A program made the position numbers and the translations under genes. The notes below the pieces were generated by a model, which worked only from the letters and a program-made list of their open reading frames with translations, was not told the DNA's origin and did not search any database. This document shows, one piece after another, positions 7,972 to 13,598 of a DNA stretch of 47,596 nt; positions within the stretch are counted from its first letter, which is position 1, and every line of letters starts with the position of its first letter. Source of the DNA: a virus; the IMG/VR virus record IMGVR_UViG_3300050498_000023, positions 1 to 47,596 of that record, one strand, 5' to 3'.

Positions 7972-8308
7972 CTTTTCTCTCCCTTAGAGAATCTCGTCTG
8001 ATACACTCCTCTAGCGGTGTATCAAATTCTTTTATCTCGAATTGCGCCTTGTACTTCCTTGCTATTGCACGCAATTCACGTTCATGTCGAGGGAGTAAGT
8101 TGGGATCAGTCGAGATTACTGTCTTGCCAGCTTGCAGCGCGCGTCTAATCTTGTTACGCTTCTCTACCTGAACTAGTTCTTCAAATTCCTTCGAGTATCC
8201 ATTGCGCCGAATGTCATCTGAATCAACTATTATGACGTTTGTTTGTGACTCAGCCCACGTGGATTTACCAGATGCAGGTAATCCACGACACATAATTAGT
8301 TTCTTCAT
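7916..8308 (-). CDS. P-loop polynucleotide 5'-kinase-like protein (T4 Pnk kinase-domain type, no phosphatase domain)
   Basis: MKKLIMCRGLPASGKSTWAE parallels the remembered T4 Pnk N-terminus ([22 protein letters not shown]). Further matches are VISTDPNLLPRHERE and KEFDTPLEECIRRDSLR. Only 130 aa. Confidence 0.65.
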   Translation of the reverse strand: MKKLIMCRGLPASGKSTWAESQTNVIIVDSDDIRRNGYSKEFEELVQVEKRNKIRRALQAGKTVISTDPNLLPRHERELRAIARKYKAQFEIKEFDTPLEECIRRDSLRERKVGELAIKYWHERASLQQE

Positions 8309-8979
8309 TAGTACTGCATTGGACCGCCACCACCGAATCGTGGTCCAATTCCACCCTGTCTCATCTGCCTGAATCTATTGACTCTATCTTCATCTACCGA
8401 TGCATTAGGCATAGGCATTTGGTCCATGCCTTGAGCTTGATCCTGCATTGGTTGCATCATTGGCTGTTCTTGTGGTTGCATCATTCTACCAAATCGTGGC
8501 ATCACATGCGGGCGCGCACCAATTGATGGTCCTAAGCCAAATCTACCACCCATTCCTACTTGTGGACGCATCGCTTCCATCTGCTGTATCTTCTGTTGCA
8601 TCATCTCCTGTTCTGGTCCTTGTAATGGTGGTGCCTGTTCCTGCATTTCCTGAGGAGGAGGAGGTTGCATCGGTGGTAACTGTGGCCTAGCATAACCCGG
8701 CATCATTCTGCCAACTGCTTGTGCACCACCCTGCATCATATTCTGCATACCAGGTTGTGGCATTCTATTCTGTATAGGAGGCGCTTGCTGTGTAAATTGC
8801 TGTGGAGCTTGCTGTACTTGCTTCTGAGGATTACTAGGCCCCAATCCTAGTTTCCCGCCTACTGCACCTACACCCGGTGCCTTCTGTACTCCCCTCTGCA
8901 CAGCACCCATTCCCGGTAGTTTTCCTACGGCTTTGACAGGCGCTTTTAATGCTTTACCAAGTGCGCCAAAGAATGCCAT
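8308..8979 (-). CDS. Met/Gln/Pro-rich low-complexity protein
   Basis: 223-aa ORF with a TAATG overlap to the next gene. By my count about 26 Met, plus very many Gln and Pro (MQPPPPQEMQEQ, MMQPQEQPMMQPMQDQAQGMDQMPMP). The N-terminus resembles that of 2860..3672. Confidence 0.55.
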   Translation of the reverse strand: MAFFGALGKALKAPVKAVGKLPGMGAVQRGVQKAPGVGAVGGKLGLGPSNPQKQVQQAPQQFTQQAPPIQNRMPQPGMQNMMQGGAQAVGRMMPGYARPQLPPMQPPPPQEMQEQAPPLQGPEQEMMQQKIQQMEAMRPQVGMGGRFGLGPSIGARPHVMPRFGRMMQPQEQPMMQPMQDQAQGMDQMPMPNASVDEDRVNRFRQMRQGGIGPRFGGGGPMQY

Positions 8980-8998
8980 GTGATTTTCTCTCTTTTCT

Positions 8999-9556
8999 TC
9001 AACTACCGTTACGAACTAATGACCATACAGTAAGAGGGTCGAATCCCAGCACTTGCCAACTGAATTTACTTGCTGTGCCACAGCGATCGATGATGATGTC
9101 AACTCCCCACGCGCCCGTGTTATCAGATGTTGCACGGTATGCAATGACATCACGGCTAATCGTCCCATCCATCTTAACTAGATAGCCCCATCTCATGTCA
9201 CTACTTTGCAGCGTTTTGACCACGAGATCCAGAAACGCCCAACCAGATTCGCCATACGTCTCAGGGCATGATCTAGCTAATAGTGTGGGATTAGTATCTG
9301 CTACCTTCTGGGCAATTGCTTGCGCCGTCACTGGAATTGGTAGCGGCACCTCCGTCCCTACTCCCGGCGGTGGTACTGGCACAGGAGCAGTAGGATTCGG
9401 TACGGGCGCAAAGTTAATCAAATCATGTATATCGAATCTATTCTCGTTGTTATTTGAATTAGAGTTGTTATTGTTTATTGTTGGTCCTACGAAATTATAG
9501 TCACATGCTGCTATTAACGCAATAGTCAGAATAGATGGAGCGATTCTTTTCATCAC
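8999..9556 (-). CDS. Predicted lipoprotein
   Basis: Signal peptide plus lipobox (MMKRIAPSILTIALIAAC), then an Asn-rich run (NNNNSNSNNNEN), a Pro-rich linker and a roughly 100-aa C-terminal domain with 2 Cys. RBS agaggga is upstream. Start is GTG 9556 or ATG 9553. Confidence 0.7.
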   Translation of the reverse strand: MMKRIAPSILTIALIAACDYNFVGPTINNNNSNSNNNENRFDIHDLINFAPVPNPTAPVPVPPPGVGTEVPLPIPVTAQAIAQKVADTNPTLLARSCPETYGESGWAFLDLVVKTLQSSDMRWGYLVKMDGTISRDVIAYRATSDNTGAWGVDIIIDRCGTASKFSWQVLGFDPLTVWSLVRNGS

Positions 9557-9558
9557 AA

Positions 9559-9798
9559 TTAATCCCTCTTGAGTGTGACGAGAGTATCAGCAGTTGCACG
9601 AATGAATCCACCTGCTAACTGCGCAGCTCCACCAGTAAATGTTACTGCTGCGTTCGCAGTGAATGCTGGTGTATTAGATTGCGCTACAGTGGGAGCAGCA
9701 GCGTCAGTGAACATGGTGACTTTCACGGCTGGCAATGCATACACGACATTAGCCAGCATAGTTACTGGAGGCCCGATTGGTAGTAGCTGTACTGGCAT
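9559..9798 (-). CDS. 79-aa Ala/Thr/Val-rich protein, distant paralog of 44376..44669 and 44755..45057
   Basis: ATG with RBS ggagag. Composition and length resemble the two tandem small genes after the capsid gene. Confidence 0.5.
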   Translation of the reverse strand: MPVQLLPIGPPVTMLANVVYALPAVKVTMFTDAAAPTVAQSNTPAFTANAAVTFTGGAAQLAGGFIRATADTLVTLKRD

Positions 9799-9933
9799 GA
9801 CTCTACTCTCCTGCCGATCTTACTCGATGTTCATTACAGTCACGGCACTGTTGATGTTCATACAGACCGACTAGATATGTATACCAACGATGAATACCAT
9901 GTCGGCATTTGAACGCACGTAACTTTGCGCGCT

Positions 9934-10431
9934 TCATTTCTGAAGAACTTTCTCTGATTTCTGGTACTGCTGATCTGTTTTACCAGCCAGAGCCATCACA
10001 CTAGTCACAGTGAATGGAACCGAATCCGTGAGTATCCCTGTTGCTGATAGAACTGACACAGGCAGAATACCCGGTTCACCCAGTGCAACCAATGCAGTCA
10101 ACTCTGTAGGAGATACGAATGTAGTTTCCTGCTCTACTCCACTCACTACAATCTTTGCACCAGATGTGAAGTTTGTACCATGAGCAGTCAGCGTGACACT
10201 GTTCAGAGTTACACCTGTGTTAGGACTGACTGAAGCGAGCGTGGGTACCTGAGCAGGACCAGATGTGAGGACGTATAGAATTGCATCATACGCCTTCTGC
10301 GCGAACTTACTATCCGAGCACGCAATTTCCAGAATGTCACGTACATGCATCCTCTGCTCATCAGTAACGAGCAGAGCAGGAGATGAGAGAAGTACAGCAG
10401 CGAATGGATCTGGATGTAATACTACTGGCAT
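9934..10431 (-). CDS. IPT/TIG (Ig-like) domain protein
   Basis: SVSPNTGVTLNSVTLTAHGTNFTSGAKIVVSGVEQETTFVSPTELTALV is a typical IPT/TIG pattern. I prefer the ATG at 10431, with AAGGAG 6 nt upstream, over the GTG at 10434. Confidence 0.6.
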   Translation of the reverse strand: MPVVLHPDPFAAVLLSSPALLVTDEQRMHVRDILEIACSDSKFAQKAYDAILYVLTSGPAQVPTLASVSPNTGVTLNSVTLTAHGTNFTSGAKIVVSGVEQETTFVSPTELTALVALGEPGILPVSVLSATGILTDSVPFTVTSVMALAGKTDQQYQKSEKVLQK

Positions 10432-10434
10432 CAC

Positions 10435-11007
10435 TTACTCCTTCACTTCGATTGTTTCAAAGCTGCGCTCATCACGGAATGTGGGCGCAAAGATCACGAA
10501 TTGAGGTTGTTTAGAATCTGGTGAATCAGGAGACTGCTGCGGAGGTTCCATGTTCTTGATGATTACTGACATGTCCTTCGCTATACCCGCTAAATCTTTT
10601 GGATCTGCGTAATCCAACTTCTCCTGACTTATGGCGCCTAGTGCTGCTTCCATCGTTTTGGCGGCTCGTCTCACGACTCGCCTTCTGCTTTTATTTATAT
10701 GGTCGATTATTCCCTGCTTGGGTTGATCATATGTCGTGGTACTCGTCGCGCCTTTTGCATACGCACTTACTGAGGAGGGACTGATTCCGAATTGAGCGGC
10801 GAGATGTAACGCCGACTGACGACCGTTGATTACTGCTTCTTCACCGATGATTTTACGCAGGCTATCAGGGACATTATTGTCGCCACTGGATCGGCCTCTC
10901 GGAGTCTCAGGGACAATCTCTGCTACTACAGGAGGTTTCTCTACCGCGCGATTTACGCGCGATAACTCTTGTAGAAAATCATCATCTGTTACTAATCCGA
11001 TAGGCAT
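10435..11007 (-). CDS. HTH DNA-binding protein, first gene of the leftward operon (regulator or small-terminase candidate)
   Basis: HTH-like GRQSALHLAAQFGISPSSVSAYAKG. The ATG at 11007 has RBS aaggacgagg. The track start, GTG 11037, lies inside the predicted -10 element, so I reject it. Confidence 0.5.
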   Translation of the reverse strand: MPIGLVTDDDFLQELSRVNRAVEKPPVVAEIVPETPRGRSSGDNNVPDSLRKIIGEEAVINGRQSALHLAAQFGISPSSVSAYAKGATSTTTYDQPKQGIIDHINKSRRRVVRRAAKTMEAALGAISQEKLDYADPKDLAGIAKDMSVIIKNMEPPQQSPDSPDSKQPQFVIFAPTFRDERSFETIEVKE

Positions 11008-11027
11008 AGCCTCGTCCTTCAGGGGAC

Positions 11028-11056
11028 AGACTATCACCGATTCGGCTGTCTGTCAA
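11028..11056 (-). promoter_or_regulatory. Sigma70-type promoter for the leftward (structural) operon
   Basis: Minus strand reads TTGACA (11056-11051), a 17-nt spacer, then TAGTCT (11033-11028). This places the transcription start just upstream of the RBS of the 11007 start. Confidence 0.45.
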
Positions 11057-11087
11057 GTCCCGTAAGTCTAACCCTATCAAGGACTTG
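11054..11087. promoter_or_regulatory. 7-bp inverted repeat overlapping the leftward -35 (operator candidate)
   Basis: CAAGTCC (11054-11060) and GGACTTG (11081-11087) are exact reverse complements separated by 20 nt. Confidence 0.35.
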
Positions 11088-11122
11088 CATGGGACTCAAA
11101 TTCCGGTTGACGCTTACCTCCT

Positions 11123-11130
11123 TACTAGTA
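11123..11130. promoter_or_regulatory. TACTAGTA palindromic site (shared operator-like motif, site 1)
   Basis: TTACTAGTA at 11122-11130. The same half-site recurs at 12553-12561 (minus strand) and twice at 13368-13394. Confidence 0.35.
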
Positions 11131-11186
11131 TAGGGGACCCAATTTCTACATGTATTGCATGACACATGCTATTTCACCCAAGCCCC

Positions 11187-11244
11187 CGCGAGTAATGTCG
11201 GATGTAATTTTTACACATGGGTATACCCCCATACATTACTCGCG
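11187..11244. promoter_or_regulatory. 12-bp perfect inverted repeat enclosing the GGGTATACCC palindrome
   Basis: CGCGAGTAATGT (11187-11198) is the exact reverse complement of ACATTACTCGCG (11233-11244). The 10-bp palindrome GGGTATACCC sits at 11219-11228. Confidence 0.4.
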
Positions 11245-11335
11245 CGTGCTTGTAAAGGAAATTCAAAAGAAAGTTTTGAGTTGACTTCGACGCCGAGTTA
11301 TGCAGCGAGCTAGCGCGAAGCACATACGCGCTCGA

Positions 11336-11352
11336 CTGTCAATGGTTGACAG
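11336..11352. promoter_or_regulatory. Palindrome CTGTCAA-tgg-TTGACAG
   Basis: Perfect 7-bp arms with a 3-nt spacer, carrying TTGACA on both strands. Confidence 0.35.
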
Positions 11353-11421
11353 CGAGGCACAGGGCGTGCTAGGCGAGACTGCCAATAATCCGCCTGGCCG
11401 ACCTGCTATCAACTTCGATGT

Positions 11422-11448
11422 TTGACACGGGGCAAACTGTGGTATTCT
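11422..11448 (+). promoter_or_regulatory. Early rightward promoter with an extended -10
   Basis: TTGACA (11422-11427), a 15-nt spacer, then TGgTATTCT (11440-11448). The ctgtggta context matches the promoter at 13315-13343. Confidence 0.4.
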
Positions 11449-11454
11449 TTCTTC

Positions 11455-11604
11455 GGCCGGTCTCTACTAAGAGAGTAAGCGCATCCCGCGCTGAAACCCC
11501 AACGAGCCGCCCAAGTTTGGAGCAGGGCGCGAGGTCAACCGCGACGGCTCCCGCAAGCTAGTGACCGGCCCGACGGTTCTCGGGAGTGAGTAGGGAGACT
11601 GAGT
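11455..11604 (+). promoter_or_regulatory. GC-rich structured 5' leader of the first early gene (candidate cis-regulatory RNA)
   Basis: Closing helix GGCCGGTC (11455-11462) with GACCGGCC (11563-11570). Nested hairpins at 11478-11492 and 11519-11551, with an inner CGCG/CGCG stem. An alternative pairing, 11504-11509 with 11545-11550, competes for the same bases. 42 of 60 bases are G/C in 11521-11580. Confidence 0.3.
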
Positions 11605-11964
11605 ATGAAAACGGTTAGCTTCAACGGCGTTATCGAGAACGCCTACGGCAAGAAACTCGACGCGCCTATCACGTTCGACACCACGTTCGAGGCGTTCGAG
11701 ACGAAAGCGGAAGTCGAGAAGGCGAACGAACTTCTCAAGGACGAGGAGATTGTAGACTTCCGCAACGCGCAGCGGAAGGCCAACGCGCGTCAGAAGGCCA
11801 TGCAAGCGGCACTTGACGCAGCGGGCGTCGTGAAGCCGACGTTGGAGAACGACGAGCAGCTTCGCCTGCGGAAGATGTATGACATTTTCGTAGCGAACGG
11901 CTCCACGCACGACGAGGCGCGCGCGAGTGCAGCGGCGGCACTGAACCTCACGTGGGCTGACTAG
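11605..11964 (+). CDS. 119-aa hypothetical early protein (GC-rich cassette gene 1)
   Basis: ATG with RBS gggag 7 nt upstream. The protein looks plausible and helical. The antisense ORFs listed here are typical high-GC artefacts. Confidence 0.6.
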   Translation: MKTVSFNGVIENAYGKKLDAPITFDTTFEAFETKAEVEKANELLKDEEIVDFRNAQRKANARQKAMQAALDAAGVVKPTLENDEQLRLRKMYDIFVANGSTHDEARASAAAALNLTWAD

Positions 11965-12035
11965 TAGTCTCTACACATGCTGGCGAGGTCACTACGACTC
12001 GCCAGCACAAAACTGATATCCGAAAGGACAGGGAA

Positions 12036-12239
12036 ATGACAAACGAACAATTCATGACATGGTTCGACGCGCAATCGCACGACATGAAACGCGACATTAA
12101 CCGCGCACTGGACGCGCTCGAAAACGCCGGTATCAACGGCAAGGCCGCAGCGGAAACTGTCATGGTAGCAGCTACTCGCGCCAACGTCCCGCCAGCGCGT
12201 CTCGCGGCCGTGTTCGCCGAGAACGTGGTGAAGCACTAG
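12036..12239 (+). CDS. 67-aa hypothetical early protein (GC-rich cassette gene 2)
   Basis: ATG preceded by the conserved TCCGAAAGGACAG motif and followed by a GC hairpin at 12247-12268. Confidence 0.55.
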   Translation: MTNEQFMTWFDAQSHDMKRDINRALDALENAGINGKAAAETVMVAATRANVPPARLAAVFAENVVKH

Positions 12240-12246
12240 CACATTG

Positions 12247-12268
12247 GCCCGGCAGAACATCGCCGGGC
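12247..12268 (+). terminator. GC-rich hairpin after the early cassette (weak intrinsic terminator candidate)
   Basis: GCCCGGC (12247-12253), 8-nt loop, GCCGGGC (12262-12268), then ttcctcc. The T-run is poor, so function is uncertain. Confidence 0.35.
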
Positions 12269-12318
12269 TTCCTCCCCGCGCCTCCCCGGCGCGCCGCCCG
12301 CTCGCGCCACGAGCCGTA

Positions 12319-12437
12319 GCTGTGCCTCATGCTGTGCGCGTATTGGTCATATGACCTAATACTAGCGGGCAAGACCAAACCCACGAGTAATCTGTGCGTG
12401 TAATCTATACAAGAGCATAGCATGTATTCTGTGCGTG
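12319..12437. repeat. CTGTGC(G) direct repeats (iteron or operator candidates)
   Basis: TCTGTGCGTG is exact at 12391-12400 and 12428-12437. Related copies are GCTGTGCGCG at 12331-12340 and GCTGTGC at 12319-12325. Confidence 0.4.
12345..12356. promoter_or_regulatory. 12-bp perfect palindrome GGTCATATGACC
   Basis: Read directly from the sequence; it lies among the CTGTGCG repeats. Confidence 0.35.
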
Positions 12438-12601
12438 ATGCAATTACATGTAAGAGAGTGTGTGTCTGTGTGTCCCTCCCTGTATACATGTATGTAAAAG
12501 GCATATGGCCCACACTAGACACCACACACCCCACAGACCGTCAATTTCACGACACTAGTAATACAGAAAAATGGAGATTTAGTTGAAGTTAAAAGGTTCT
12601 C

Positions 12602-12624
12602 TTTTTTTTTTTTTGGTTTTTTTT
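12602..12624. repeat. T13-GG-T8 homopolymer tract
   Basis: cTTTTTTTTTTTTTggTTTTTTTTa in a 550-bp non-coding stretch. It could be a DNA-unwinding element, bent DNA or an UP-like element. Confidence 0.6.
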
Positions 12625-12663
12625 ATTACTTCGATTTGTCAACCGCAATGTTCCGGTGGGGTC

Positions 12664-12692
12664 TTGACTCCGGTGTGTGGGCATGTTATAGT
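12664..12692 (+). promoter_or_regulatory. Sigma70-type promoter with an extended -10
   Basis: TTGACT (12664-12669), a 17-nt spacer, then TGtTATAGT (12684-12692), about 95 nt upstream of the 12789 gene. Confidence 0.5.
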
Positions 12693-12788
12693 GCCCCATA
12701 GGCAGTTGAGACACGCGGGCACGGGGGGAGAGACGGACACACACTCGGCTATCCACCTCGGGTCAGCACTTTACTAGAGGAGAAAATC

Positions 12789-13244
12789 ATGGCAAAACAC
12801 GCGCACAAAATCATGTTGCACCAGCATAAGACGTGGAGATGTATGTTGTCTGGATGTAATTACTTTGTACATCGGGGGCTGGAATTTACAATTCCGGGTA
12901 AGTTGCTGATTTGCTGGGGATGTAGTGACGAGTTTATGGCTACAGACGAGTCTTTACTTGAAGAAATGCCGATGTGTGATGATTGTAAACGCGGAAATAG
13001 AGGTGGACCTACGGACGAGGAAGTAGAAAGACATATTGAGATTCAGTTAGCACTTGGTAAAGCGGGCGTAAAAACTGTAGAGGAGTTACCGTCGTCTACG
13101 CGCAGTCTGCTGCGTATACGCGGTATTCTGCCTCCACTCCCGCTCGAAACTGTCAAACCAACCAAACCAGTAGAGGAGCGTAAACCAACCATTGAAGAAA
13201 CAATGGATGAAATTGAGGTATACGACCCTCCTGACGAGGAGTAA
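12789..13244 (+). CDS. 151-aa Cys-rich (zinc-binding) protein with an acidic tail
   Basis: RBS ggag. Cys/His clusters (WRCMLSGCNYFVH, ICWGCSDEF, MCDDCKRG). C-terminus is EETMDEIEVYDPPDEE. Confidence 0.65.
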   Translation: MAKHAHKIMLHQHKTWRCMLSGCNYFVHRGLEFTIPGKLLICWGCSDEFMATDESLLEEMPMCDDCKRGNRGGPTDEEVERHIEIQLALGKAGVKTVEELPSSTRSLLRIRGILPPLPLETVKPTKPVEERKPTIEETMDEIEVYDPPDEE

Positions 13245-13259
13245 TCGCTACAAAAGACG

Positions 13260-13288
13260 GCCGGGTCGGCTCCCCTGACCGGCCCGGC
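13260..13288 (+). terminator. GC-rich hairpin downstream of 12789..13244
   Basis: GCCGGGTCGG (13260-13269) pairs with CCGGCCCGGC (13279-13288) over 10 bp including one G-U, with a 9-nt loop. No adjacent U-run. Confidence 0.35.
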
Positions 13289-13314
13289 GCCCTAACCCCT
13301 TTGTTCTCTAAGGG

Positions 13315-13343
13315 TTGCAGACAGCCTCGACCTGTGGTAAGAT
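13315..13343 (+). promoter_or_regulatory. Sigma70-type promoter with an extended -10
   Basis: TTGCAG (13315-13320), a 17-nt spacer, then TGgTAAGAT (13335-13343). Confidence 0.45.
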
Positions 13344-13367
13344 GGGGGTCTCGAACGACTCCGGCCC

Positions 13368-13394
13368 GGTTACTAGTAATTCCTACTAGTAACC
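13368..13394. promoter_or_regulatory. 11-bp perfect inverted repeat GGTTACTAGTA-attcc-TACTAGTAACC (operator or 5'-UTR hairpin)
   Basis: Exact reverse-complement arms at 13368-13378 and 13384-13394. It lies about 20 nt downstream of the predicted transcription start of the 13315 promoter and just before the conserved RBS motif. Confidence 0.5.
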
Positions 13395-13421
13395 AGCGAG
13401 TTCCGAAAGGACGTGGCTACC

Positions 13422-13598
13422 ATGAAACGGTTCTTCTGCACAGTATGTAATAAAATGAAGCGGGTTCGCCGCCTTCCGCGTGTTATTGAAAACGCGCAGG
13501 CAGAGACTCCAGAGTTGCGTGTCGGCGCGTGTAACCGCCACGGCATAATCTCGCGCTCTGAATTTTCCAGAATTAAGAGCCAGAAAGTCGGCGCGTAA
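13422..13598 (+). CDS. 58-aa zinc-ribbon-like protein
   Basis: CTVCNK...CNRH. The first ATG is 13422; the track starts at GTG 13413. The TCCGAAAGGAC motif is upstream. Confidence 0.5.
   Translation: MKRFFCTVCNKMKRVRRLPRVIENAQAETPELRVGACNRHGIISRSEFSRIKSQKVGA

Noticed and set aside
7916-8308. Idea that the P-loop kinase is a 5-hydroxymethyl-uracil DNA kinase of a thymidine-hypermodification pathway, given the UDG-like polymerase domain
   Set aside because: The closed genome shows no dUMP hydroxymethylase or thymidylate-synthase homologue, no dUTPase or dCTP deaminase, and no downstream transferase, PLP or radical-SAM genes needed for such a pathway. The kinase resembles T4 Pnk more than anything else I can recall.
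11336-11352. Possible LexA (SOS) box: CTGT...ACAG palindrome
   Set aside because: The arms are separated by 9 nt (CTGT-N9-ACAG), not the N8 of the gammaproteobacterial consensus, and the flanking TA positions do not fit. It is kept only as a generic palindrome.
11467-12534. Five long minus-strand ORFs (11467..11910, 11735..11941, 11948..12184, 11961..12260, 12172..12534)
   Set aside because: They lie in the roughly 60-70% GC island, where stop codons are rare in every frame. Their products are Arg/Ala/Pro-rich nonsense. They overlap one another and lie antisense to two plus-strand ORFs that have RBSs and protein-like sequences.
12583-12777. 64-aa plus-strand ORF spanning the T tract
   Set aside because: It reads through the T13GGT8 homopolymer (poly-Phe) and the predicted promoter at 12664-12692. 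It has no RBS and an alternative start codon.
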